Both the position numbers and the translations under genes were made by a program. From Styela clava (lineage: Eukaryota), in assembly GCF_964204865.1 (NCBI RefSeq), contig NC_135262.1, positions 9,796,001 to 9,860,000 of the forward strand: a DNA stretch of 64,000 nt, given 5' to 3'. This document shows positions 14,319 to 26,600 of this stretch, in pieces; the first letter of the stretch is position 1, and every line of letters begins with the position of its first letter. The notes under the pieces were generated by a model. The model had not been told where the DNA came from, searched no databases, and saw only the letters and a list, made by a program, of their open reading frames with translations.

Positions 14319-17300
14319 CTATAAATTAGAACCATTGCCATTCTCTCCTTCCTTTTGCACGGGATGGTTTCTTAAAAATTCTGTAATATGTTTGGCTGAT
14401 TCCTCTGGCGTACATAAATGCAAATGATGATTGCCAGCAATCTCAACATAGCTGAACTGAAAAAAGTGATATATTATTTAAGCAAAACGGAAGGCTACAG
14501 AACATGTTAATTGCGGGATTTACATGCTACACAAATAAAGATATACCCCAGTGGGAAGGAATAAGCATTAAAGCATTGGAATACTAGACAGAAATTCTTA
14601 AGTCATCATTAGTTGAAAGTCAAAATGAAATGTAAAACCCACAGCATCTAAAACTACCTAGTGGTTCACCATAGGATTGAGTCGTCTTATATAATAAACA
14701 TGAAAGTTAGTAGATTTATGTTTTTCGAAAAATATCCTTTTTGAGAATTTGATTGGAAAATAAATATATTCAAACTTACAGATTTAGTATTCTTTTGGAA
14801 AGCTTTATGTACTTCAGCTATATCTGGGTACCTTTCTTTGATTATCTTGTATAAACCTTTCTTTGCCCTGAGTTAGTACAAAAATAAAGTTGGCTTACAC
14901 ACACTTCAAAATAAAAAACTCAATCCCAAACCATAGAGGTACATTGCATAATATCCAAGCAACTGAAATAAGTTATAACATTCAACAACATGGACTATTC
15001 TTAGAGAAATCAACAATGTTGCACAGAGACGTCAAAATTTTGCAATATTGCTTAAAACTTGACCTAGAAAATAAACAACAAATATATATCTATAAAGACA
15101 AACAGAACTGGTGTGATCAGTTTTTCAACATAACCACCATATTCCTTGTTCTCTATATCAAAAGGCTTAATTTTTGCCCAACCATTCGTATGAATTGTTA
15201 AAACAGGAAATGGAAATTTTAAAATAAATTTACTTTCCATAATCATATCTCTCTAGCAATTTTTTTATGATATGACCATTCATTTTCAACACCAAATCTA
15301 AAAATCATCAACTTCAATTATCAATTACACATAGATATCTCACCATACAAAAAAGATATCAGCTTTTAAACCTTCTGCAATAGTTAATGAAGTTTCAAAA
15401 CCCCGCTCCAACGGATCCTTGAACAAATGTCTGATATCTCGCCGAAAAATGAAGTTTCCTTATAAAGCAATCATACACGGAGTTGAAAGATTTATATAAA
15501 TTGGATTTACAATGACATCACTGGAAAATGATATAAGAGGAGCATGTTATTGCTCTTTAAAAAAATGAAACATTCCTGATATAAATAACCTGCGAAGAAC
15601 CAAAAAAATTTCGTGTGACCTGAACATTTGTGAAAATTTTGCAGCTTAAGCAATACTTGAATAAAATGAGTGTTAATGATGAATAAGTGGAATAAATTTA
15701 CATAAATTTAATGTTTTCAGACATATAACACTTTTAGAATGATGTTTAAATCACATTGAAGCACTTCTTGAATAAATTATTGATTGCAAAAAATATATTT
15801 GGTTCAAAGTGTAATCTGCAAGATTTATGGAATTACCATTATCAAGCTCTCTCATCCCACGTTCAAGTAAAATTTCGACAGATTCATCATTTAAATTTTT
15901 GTTAGCTGCTCGGAGTCTGTACAGATAAAATTTGAAGAATTTTAACATAACAAAACGAGAATATTCGATCGAAAGTTAGGGGATCCCCCAAAACAGCGCT
16001 CTTACTCCATAGTGACAAATTGTGCCCCATCACTAATTAATTAAAAACTCGCTTGTTATGCAACATAATTCGTCCAAAATCAATAGGCTTCTGGTCCGAG
16101 ATGAGATTAATGCACATGCGAAATCTGGAGCAGATTCAATCTCGCTTTCGTGAGATATCGCGTGCGTCTAACAGACATACAGACAGACAAATACCTATCA
16201 ACATACTTACCGATTAAAATCTATAAGTAATAAGAAAATCAATTTTGATGACAAAAACTTCTGTGTATGCAAGCCTTCTTTCATAGACTGTTGAGAACAC
16301 TTGGTAAACTTTGCTTTTCGAATTCGGTTGTAAAATTCTGACTTCGTTACACAGTCATCTGATATCACGACTCGACAGAAATTGAAATTTTGACTCCAAC
16401 TCTGGAGGGTGACCCCGGTGGAAACATGACAAAGTTTGACGTCACAGCCCTGTCTACTACGAACCCCCAACCCAACCCCCTCGCGTTTTTCTCAACATAA
16501 AATTAAACACGAATCGCGCAATTGAAACTGAGTTGATACCTTCCTTTTGCTTGTTCGTAAGTATATTCCTTTTCAGGTCTAGGTTCCGCCGTTTCAAAAG
16601 CTAGATGTGTATCAATGCATGATCGTAACCCAGTAATCAGATCCTCCTTAATGTAATTATAAGAGGTTTATGGATAATTCAGAAGCTTCAATTAACACTA
16701 TACTAAACTAACCGCTGAATAAGAAATAATGATATTCAAATTATGTAGATTCTAATTCCGCATGCTAAGCCTTGTACTCATTTCAAAGAATTAACATAAT
16801 TTATATTGTGAAAAGACAATTACCATATATAATTTCTCATCTTTGTTCTTTCTTTTGTTATTAGAGCATTATTTTGGTTGTCAAATGTATGTGAAGATTG
16901 TTATCGTGTGGGACTTTATAGGCTTATTTTGATAACAGGGTGGCTAGTGATTACACTCTTCAATCAATTAAATTCAATACTCGATCTAGACTGGTAATAA
17001 TATGATCAGCAATCTCGTACATACCATCCCACCCAATATATACTGTTCATTCAGAATATCTCAAATAAGATTGTAAAAGATTTTAGTAAGTTGAACCATT
17101 GTGGATCAAAAATGCAAAATTTACCTTCTGTCGAAACCATATGCCGGCTGTATCAATAGCTATGATTCGACTAACTATTTCAGGATAGATTGCCCCAAAC
17201 TGCAAAAGTTAATATAAGCTTAAGAAAATATCGAAGAAGGGATTTAACAAAAGCAGTACTGAGCGGTCAAAATCAGAATTAGCTAGCTGACTTAATTTAA

Positions 17301-19597
17301 GCCATTGGGTTCCACAAGTTATAATGATTTTACTGGTGATTTTCCATAATATATGTATCAACTTTTCATAGAGTATTTCCACATACCAATTATAATGAAT
17401 GGGTGAAATATTCATTTTGCTGCAATAAATCTAGGTAAAGTTGGAGCATTTTAGTTACAAAAACAAGACCAAAGAGCAATAATTTGTGATTTTGTTAGGC
17501 TTTCCAATGGATCAGTATATGAACATGATACAGAAAAAAGTTCTGTAGAATTGATCTCCAATTAAAGTCAAATCAACCATCCTTACCAGCTACAAGTTGA
17601 AATAATTTTACTAGAATTGTAGTCACATGGGGGAGTTTTTAAATGCCTTATTCACAGGGGAATAGTGTTAATCAGGATTAATGTTGTATGGCAATTATGC
17701 AGAAAATAAGCCTTTGACATAAGCCGCATTATAATAAAGGATTAAATTCCAGAATTTGGGTAATAGAAATAAGATACTCTTTTTTTTTTTATTCCCGTAT
17801 GTATTTTAATATTCAATTTTATGCATTTTTTCAAATACTCACATATGTTGCAATATTGGCCCCTGAAAGTAGATAACAGCCATAAACACCGAAGCAAATT
17901 CTTAATTTACTAGTTTGGGTTAAAACATGAGGTTTGCATCTCATGTGAGAAAATTATATGTGAGAAGATTGCCCAACTCATCATCGCTGTAAGGTGGTTC
18001 ATGAAACCACTTGTCAGTTACAGCTTCCTCCACCATCAAGTGCATCTGAAAGGAATAACTGGGTAACTATTCCTTCATCCCATGTGGTTAATATAAATAT
18101 TTACCCAGCAATTCGAAAGCATAAACTATGAACTCTGTATTGCAAAAATGAGCATTTTTGTTCGCTTTTTAAACATGATGCCATTTACATTCAAAATATT
18201 GCTAAGAGAAGAAATGAATAACAAATCTTACCCATGCTATGACCCATTAGCGACACATTGTCATATTTGAAATCTGCAAAAAATGCGATAATATATTTCA
18301 AAAATCTGTACTGAACATACAAACAGCTGGATTGGTGCTATATGCTAATCGTTGGTAACAAATTTGAAATCACATTGTGTGCAGAGAAGTATGTGTAACT
18401 CCAGGTTTGTCATGGTTTCTTGCACCATATTTAATTATACAAATCATAAAAGATGTTTAATTTTACTTACGATCAATTACTCTTTTTAAAACAGAACTGT
18501 ATGCAGCAGTGAAATAGAAAGATCCTTTAGGAAAATGAGATGAGAGTCCATGACCAGGCACATCAAATGTGACGTAATAGAAATCTATTGGAAATTGATT
18601 GAATAATTTACGTTTATTGGCATAGCACAAATACACATAAGATTTGGATTTGACAGCGATCAATAATAATATTATGAATACTCAGTAGCCTACCAATAAG
18701 CATGACAAGAATTAAAGCTTTAGCACAATGCTCATAGGTCAAAGTTTCGAATACAAGATATAAAAATAAATTGTTTGCAAGAATATTTTCGGAATCTTCA
18801 TCAAAAATAGTTCATTTAACCGCTAAAGGATACAACGTTCTCCCAATTAAATCCTGGGTATCAGAAACTTTAGCCTAGCGATTAATGCATCAGATGTATC
18901 TATGATGGCGTCGTAGCTTAATTAGGATGGGGTGAATTGGACAGGCATAAAGATTCTGGTCATTCTTTTAAAATTAAATAGTTCCTTACATATCAGTGAC
19001 TGCCTGTGCAGAGCCTTGTTCTAAGCAAAAGACTATGAATGCATTGTATAAAAACGCTGTTGACTATGACCATACCTAACTAGGAATTGTATTCATAAAG
19101 ATACTATAGACAGATAGGCCTAATTCTGTGATTCTTGTGAGTGGATCAAAATCAGAGAGGTAGAGATTAACAAGATATTGCAGAAAAATGATGAAACACA
19201 TTTAATCAACTTATAACCTGAACAATGAAAATTTATTGTATATCCCATTTTTTCCTATAGATGTATTACCTTGAGGTAAAAGTGGAATAAGTTTATCAAA
19301 AGTATTGCAATTATCCAACCATCCGTGTAAACAAATAATTGGTGGATTTTTCTCATCTCCCCAGGTTTTTCCAGCAATTTCCCCCCATGGTACAGGGACA
19401 GAAAACTCCTTGGTCAGACCTAGAATAAAAGAGATTTTCATCAATAATTTTGTATTGAAATTTTTAGAGTGGGATCTGTTTTTTTGTGAATTCCAAATTC
19501 TGGGCTATTTCAAAAATATTAGCCAAAATGAGTAGACCTACCACAACTACCACTTACCTCGTTTGGTTGTCCCAACATATTTTCCAACAGAAGCCAT
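14319..19597 (-). CDS. SERHL: Serine hydrolase-like alpha/beta-hydrolase (SERHL family), copy B, ends SNL
   Basis: 11 exons (minus): 19558-19597 (MASVGKYVGTTKR), 19270-19419, 18471-18584, 18232-18273, 17843-17862, 17125-17199, 16540-16646, 15837-15916, 15344-15458, 14780-14867, 14319-14456. Exons 2-9 have the same sizes as in copy A. Motifs LHGWLDN, DVPGHGLSSH, GHSMGA, GNHHLHL; ends GNGSNL*. Confidence 0.92.
15965..16233. mobile_element. Helentron/DINE-1-like non-autonomous element, family 1, copy 1
   Basis: Closely matches 33169-33406; carries an (ACAG)n microsatellite and a terminal stem-loop TACTTACxGATT-AA-AATCxATAAGTA; no TSD seen. Class assignment is inferred from architecture. Confidence 0.65.
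17915..18090 (+). repeat. Degenerate SINE-like repeat copy
   Basis: Shares AATTATxTGxGAAGATTG...AAGGTGGTTCATG...TTAC.GCT.C.TCCACCAT with the reverse complement of 54870-55170, and part of this with 59125-59370. Confidence 0.45.
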
Positions 19598-21790
19598 TGT
19601 TCGTCTAAAATCAACAAACACTCTACTGCATATAACACGAAGCATAGACCTTGGCAATCATTCGAATCGATTGATACAATCAAAAATTTAAAAGGTGATG
19701 AGTAACCATTACTCAGCAAATTTGTTGCAACGCCCATGTACCGCCCATAAATTGCCAGAACGTAAGCAATGTTTAGTTTTTGAAACTAGTGGTGCTGCCA
19801 CTGAACTGGAAATCTATATCTCTGTGGGTGCTGCGGAGTCGCAGTTTGGCATGTTTTGGTGACGATGAGAAAAAGTGGGAGTCTTTTTATCATAATGATG
19901 AAAAAAATTGCGTACAGAAATTAAAAGAAAATTAAGTTCACTATTCGTTCATAACAGTTTATTAAAAAAGGTTTGAATACGCCAGCGTTTTCATCATATA
20001 TCAAATTTAGTTTCCCGGTGAGTTTAGATATGTAGTCGGAGTCGAATTTCCGTCAACCTGAAAAAGGGAGCCAGAGTCGAAGTCATATATTTTTTAACAA
20101 GCAGTCGGCTTAAAAAAAAATTTCCACACCCGTGAAGACTAGTGTAAATCACCATCAGGTTTTATTGTAGAACACACGACTTATGTTTATGTTTTATTTT
20201 ATTCTTATTTATTTTAAAAAGAACGTGCTTTGGACATATCTCCAATTTGAATCTAGTTACATGGGTAGGCTAGTGTCAGTATAATAATATAATATCTGGT
20301 CACAGGTAATTCTAAAACTAGTTTCAGACACGGAAAGGTGAATGCAACTTCTTTTTGTACAAACAAACTCTATATGGCGCTATTAATGATGTATAGATAT
20401 GATATTTTGATGAAATCATTCCATCTCCGCGTCAATACTGTAAATATAACTTTCAATTTTGTTATCGATGGATGAAAGTTTTCCGGTCAGCCTGCGACTA
20501 ATTGCTGTACTCATCCGCATACTGTAGACGCCAACGCTCGTCAACGAAAATGGCAAATCCCTATATAGCCGCTCTAGGGCATCAATCAATGAATTGTCCA
20601 CGGCCTTGCACTCAACAGAAACAAAGTCTGTTATCTTTAATGATATCAAATGCTTCAGATAGCTGTTTATTTTAAGACAGCATCGTTAAATATAATAAAT
20701 ACGCAACAACAAGGAAATAAAACGTGCATTTTGGAGTGCTGTACAGAAACGTGAGTGAAAAACATCTGCATTTAAATTTTAATGAATGTAAACAACATGT
20801 AAGTGCTGATAATAAACTCAACACAATTTGTGAATAGACATGATGTACCAGAGGTATCTGGGCAAAGTAAAATGTGGATTGTAAAAATACAATGCGCCGT
20901 TTTCAAAGCACACTAAGAAAAAATTATGCTGGTTCGTCAAAATATTCATTTTTGAGTGAAAAGAGAAAGGAATGTATTTTGTCAATGGTAATTTAAAATC
21001 AGTGAATATAACAAGTGCATTTGAAAATAAACACCTGGTTGCAAATATAAAAATACTGTATTTAGATACAAATATGCTATCTCAACGATTCTAAGTAGGG
21101 TTAAAAACTGAATTCTACGAGAATGCCTTTATGAGGTTAAATGCATACAAAAGTAACAGCCAGAAATGTTTGCTATATAACCTAAATTCGGATAGATAAT
21201 AATTCATTAACCATTCGTTTAGTTGTTGTTTAAAAATATATGAAATCTAGTATATTATACAATATGAATAATAATAACAATATAAAACATTATAACAGTT
21301 TTTCGAAACTTCATTACAATATAGTAGCAAATTAGATGATAAAGTTGATCCAAAAATGAATGAGAGTTAGGCTAAAACATCTGCTGCAAAACTCAATTCT
21401 AAAACAAAAGATGAAAATGCTGTCGTTTCCAAACTATCAAGATATGGACGGTGTGAAGAATTATGAAGTGAGTGACAAATCAAATAGCCTACGTGTTGCA
21501 CTAGGGCCATGTATGCACAAGCGGAGGAATGAGACGGTCCGAAACAATTTCATAGAATGAATCAATTCATTGCGAATCAACAGGAACAAATATTGCAAAC
21601 ATTTTCGTGAAAAAGGGAAATACAAAGTACATTTGAACAAAATATGCCAGTGACTTTTAGTCCTTTTAAACTGCAATCTACCTCAACTAAACAAATGCAT
21701 AGAAAAGTGAGCAAATTTCACGCCAGGACTCCGTCAACAGTATTCAAATGAATAATCAAGTAGTGGAAAGTCAAAGGCTGCAAAAGCTCA

Positions 21791-23683
21791 TCAGTGCGAA
21801 TGAAAATGTGTTACACAGCAAATCAAAAGAGAAAAAATATATACAAATGAGTTATAAATAGTACAATTGAGAGAATAGCCTTTCGAAGATACTCCTGATA
21901 TGGTTGCTCCAATGGTCACGTTCAAATGTGAGATTTGACCATTGCGTAATAGTTGTGCCGCCATTTTCCCATCTTGACGTGTTATAGTCAGAGCTGAAAT
22001 TTTTGTGCCTGTAAAATTGTAAACAAAAACATAAGCAACTGAAAGCATGTTGCACATCCTGCTATTTCACAGTGACATTAATTATTATCATCGCTGCTAT
22101 GATTTTAGAAGTAGCAATTGAGGTGACGATTTATATGACTTTTTGGCGTGATTAAAATCATTTATGTGAATATTTTTCAAAAATAATATAACTTAAAAAT
22201 AATCCTACCTATAGTGTTCATCACGGTTGGCTCGTCTTTGAAATCTTCATCATAAATAATAACGGCTTTAGCCGAATACTTTTCGGCAAGTTTTATTTTT
22301 ACAACATTGTTGCACTTTCCAGCTTCAATCAATGCGATCCATTCACCCTTCGTCGATTTGATTTCTTCCTCATTCGAAAATGCTCCCGTGCATCCGAAAT
22401 GAGAGTTTTCAGTTCCCACGTCTATGACATGGACCAGACGCCCAGAAAAAGCAATACGTGGTGAATACCGACCATATCTAGCAGTCGTTCTTTGAAATGG
22501 AATTTTACCAACTTCGACAGGATTACTTGAATCGAGACGAAAATCGACAATAGCCTCTGTGTAGCTGTATTCTGCAACCTTCGGTATCAAGTCCGATGCT
22601 TCGATGTTTATTGCGCCGACACTTATGTTGATATATATTTTGTTACCTTGTTCAATTTTCCGTACCAGTGCTCCGCCGTCAGCGGCGTTCACCATCAGAG
22701 ACATGATTTTTGTACCTACAAGTAGAAAAGTATGGCTCAATTATTTACGATTTATTTATTGTGACACACACAACACAACAACTCTTTGCAGTCAGACTAT
22801 TTGAATTAAAAATTACACAGATGTTTTCAATATTTTTGCCAATGCGCAAAAGGCTAGTTAAGGATATAATATGTGGGTCGGTTTTATGTATTTGTATATC
22901 GGAAAAGACTTATGTGTTTAGTACGTGTATTTATTTTTGCTTTTAAATAATGCACTTACCGATAGTACGCATTACTTCCACAATTCTCCGAGGTACCGTG
23001 TCGTAAACAATAACAGCTCTTGCGCCATATTTTTCCGCCAACTTGATCTTGAAGAAAAACTTGCATTTCCCTCGAGCAATTAGGGCAATCCACGGACCTC
23101 CGACGTTTGCAACTTCTTCCTCGTTAGCAATTTTGCCACTGCATCCAACATGAGAATCATTGAAACCAGCATCAGATACATGAATTATTCGGCCAAATAC
23201 GTTACTGTGGGGAGAATGAAATCCAAATTTTCCTTTAAAATGCAGCTCGGAAGCGGTCGATACGCTAGACATGATCTCGGTTTTATTTTGCACGGGAATT
23301 GGAATAACAAACGCGCTCAACAAAGCCTCGGTATAATGATTTGTTGTGTTGCTATTTCTGAGACTTGGCAAGTTGTCAAAAAGACTTTGTCCGCCTAGCA
23401 ACGAAGTACGTCGGCCTAAAAATTCCTCAATATATTTGCTCTTTATGTTTTGTAAATCTTCAACAAGCAGAGCTGAATCGTCGGTAGTAGTTGCTAATGA
23501 CGAAGTTGTGACTTCATGTTCACGGTTGCGCTTCTTTCCCCTAAGTCGCCCTTGATTTCTCAACTTTCTCCTTTCGTTCTTTGACCTCGCACGTTCGGAG
23601 GATTTTCTATTCAATCGACACTCCGAGATCTCAAGCAAAGCGACTGCGAGCGTTAAAACCAACAGAAGATGAATCAACCTCAT
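21791..23683 (-). CDS. Secreted/surface protein with two tandem Goliath (RNF130/150)-type PA domains and a GPI-like or TM tail, no RING; 482 aa, 3 exons
   Basis: Exons 22960-23683, 22209-22715, 21791-22008; both introns phase 1, GT-AG. Signal peptide MRLIHLLLVLTLAVALLEISEC. PA1: GKFGFHSP...HVGC...WIALIARGKC...AVIVYD. PA2: ARYGRYSP...HFGC...WIALIEAGKC...AVIIYD. Tail ISGVSSKGYSLNCTIYNSFVYIFSLLICCVTHFHSH*. Confidence 0.85.
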
Positions 23684-26600
23684 TGTGAAAGACTTAGTTG
23701 TAAACAAAACGTATAATATAACTGGAAACAGAAAGGCTTAGTTATTACATAAACAATATAATCTATTATGAGTTTTGAAAGTCGCGTGAAGGAATGCACT
23801 ACACGATTGAAGATTGTCCACCGAAACGTCACTCACATCGAGGGTATAGTGCCCTATTTGTAACCTTCAATCATAGCAGGCCATCCCGAACGTTCATAAT
23901 GATTAATTCCGAAAGACCAAAATGAATACAACCCTCTATTTGGATAACTTTGAGAAGATATTCTATATCCTACATATTTTCTACCTGCTAGCATTCACGG
24001 AATTTATATCTCGAGAGTGCTTGGTACTCACTGCTATCACATATGGGTTTGTACCAGTTCAAAATTACTGCACATAATTGGCAAGGGCGGTGAGCTCGGA
24101 AACTCGGAGCTAGTCCTGCCTGATTAGCTGAAATATTCCTCGTCAACAGCTTATGTCCCGTACAAACTTTTTTGCGAACTACACCTAATCACTTGTTTAC
24201 CGCTAATATTGCACCAGCTTGCACTGGTAATTCAATATACTGATACAAACATTTCTTATCTGTAGTTTTCACAGAATTATTCTTGATTGCCATACGTGAA
24301 ATGATTAGTGACGCCTGCGCTTAAGCTCCGGGAGGTTTATCGCCACAAGATAACTTTCCTGTTTCACAATTGTAAACAAACAATATCTCGACAGGGTCGA
24401 ATAATGAAGTGCAGTGAATAAGTAGTGTCGATGATTATAATAGGCTTATGAAACTTATTATATACTTATTTTTTCTAGGAAAGATAACAGCAGGATAAAC
24501 GGAAACGAAATGCTCATTCGATATGTACGCTACAAATCAGTACGATTCACACTGAAGTTAGATTGGTAATCATTTTCTCCCTGTGCTATGTTAATCTATT
24601 TGTTTTCCTGCCTTGTTTCTCCTCTCACTATTTTTGTAATTCCCCCTATAATATTGAACACCAAACCAGTTATTTTTACTCCCTTGTAGTCATTATGTAT
24701 AACCATGCGTGCCTATATGCTTTCTACGTTTTATAATTCAATAACCTACATACGGAAACCAAACTAAAAAGTTAGTTGTTGCTAGGATAATGGAAAGCAT
24801 CTATTCTAAACCCTCATCAACATCATTGCAATGATTTCTCACGTAAACGCTCCAAAGTTTTTATATAAAAATCTATTGGTTAACACGGCAAACTGTTACT
24901 ACCGGCAAATAGATAAACCAAAACAAAAATTATTTCGAAGCCGCGAGTTCACAGGAATTCCTTGCTGTTGACGAGAGGAAATTCCACGTTCCGCCGCGCC
25001 TCACGCCATCCCCACTTTTGAAGAGTGCGTGCTTTCGGGGAAGAGATGTTTCATTTTGTTTCAAATTCTATTTTTATAAAGGCTTATGATTATTTTCCCT
25101 CGCGACTATCTCGCTTCAAGCGTAATGTTTTTACAAACGAGTCGCCACTTCGACTAGCGCGTTTTTTTAAAATAATAGGTGACCAACCAACCATGGGACA
25201 TATAAATGTTACACTTCACTTATGGGGTTCAAACATGATCCACACATAGAGTTTTAAAACATTCGCGGACGTTCAAGGGTGAATACTTTGTATGGGTCAA
25301 GGCGCGCATTAGGCGGCTAATGGATCTTCCGCGTGTTGTCATATTTTTGTCTTTATCAAAGTATTTTTGAAGTTCGTGTTCATAAATACATTAAATTGTC
25401 AACAGACGTAGAATTATTATATTTTTATAAGCATTTGATCATGCTTTACACGTCGTCTTCTCTGATTTTTAAATATTTCGGATGACTATATCAGTTTTGG
25501 GACACAAAAACAACCTTTAAATTAAAGCGCCGAAACTTCACACTCGCGTGTACGCGTTTCATTTTTGAGTGCTTGAAACGTTCAGGTAATACTTACCATA
25601 AAAATTATTGCTAGGAGCAATTCTGCCTTAATTTGGTAGTTTTAGCAGGAAAACGGCAATAAGTTACTATTGAATAAGATATCAATATGAGCCCTCCCAC
25701 TTCTTATTAACTTCTTTTTATAATAATTTGTAAAGTGTGATTAAGTTCCTTTCAAATAGTTTTGATCTGTTGTTAAGGTAGATTTTTCACCATGGCTCCG
25801 TAATTAGTTATACTTTGTTTACCAATTTACAATAAGAGCGTGTAGTCTATCAACCTCGTTGCCTATTAGTCGCCACTGTTAAAATCATAGCGTTTTTATA
25901 GTTTTCAGGAAGCCAATCCCCGCAGAATTAATCAAAGTTGTCAAAAAACAACCAAATTTGGAATGTCATTTGGGATATAAGTGGCATCTTTCTGTATCGA
26001 GTACTTCGGAAGCCGCTCCTACGCATATTGGTCTCATCCCTGTTGATTAGTCCTTCTCATTAACGCATATGGCGCCATTTGTTCATTACCCGCTACGCAG
26101 TATGCACATCCCAACCCCTGGCGCTCACCCGCAGATGAGACCGAAGGTGCCAAATGAAGATATTCGCTGTCAGGGGTGACCGTTATGATTTATGAGGAAT
26201 ACAAAAAATATTTGAGGATATAATAGTTTCATGGGTGTGACGACAAACGACAACATCTCCGAAGAAAACACTTTTCTGTTGGTAGCCCTTGCCAAAATTA
26301 TCACCAATGGTATTCTAGAAAAAACTTAAGTTCTTTTGATATATTTCCCGAGTGATTTGAATTTCTTTCAACTCTTTGTCTTTGGTGAAATCGATGGCGT
26401 TATGTCATAACTAAACGGATAGCCCATTATATTCATGCTATAACGCTCATTCTTAATTGAACTACTGTATGACACCTTGCAATGATGAAGTACTTTAAAT
26501 TTAAGATAATTACACTGATGCTATCAAGTTAAATATGTTTATTCGGATACGTTCAGGCAAATTTTTCTTATATGAATTGGAAATCATTTCATTCACTTTC

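Noticed and set aside
19519-19737. ORF ending MLGQPNE|V as the first exon of SERHL-B
   Set aside because: Gives a phase-0 donor and an immediate stop in exon 2; the MASVGKYVGTTKR frame gives the required phase 1.
19826-20135. GGAGTC-rich segment resembling a hAT MITE
   Set aside because: Termini too eroded to define a TIR or TSD with confidence.
20416-20649. 77-aa minus-strand ORF downstream of the PA-PA gene, considered as a missing RING or cytoplasmic exon
   Set aside because: No Cys/His RING pattern, TTG start, no convincing donor in PA exon 3 to join it, and no recognisable homology.
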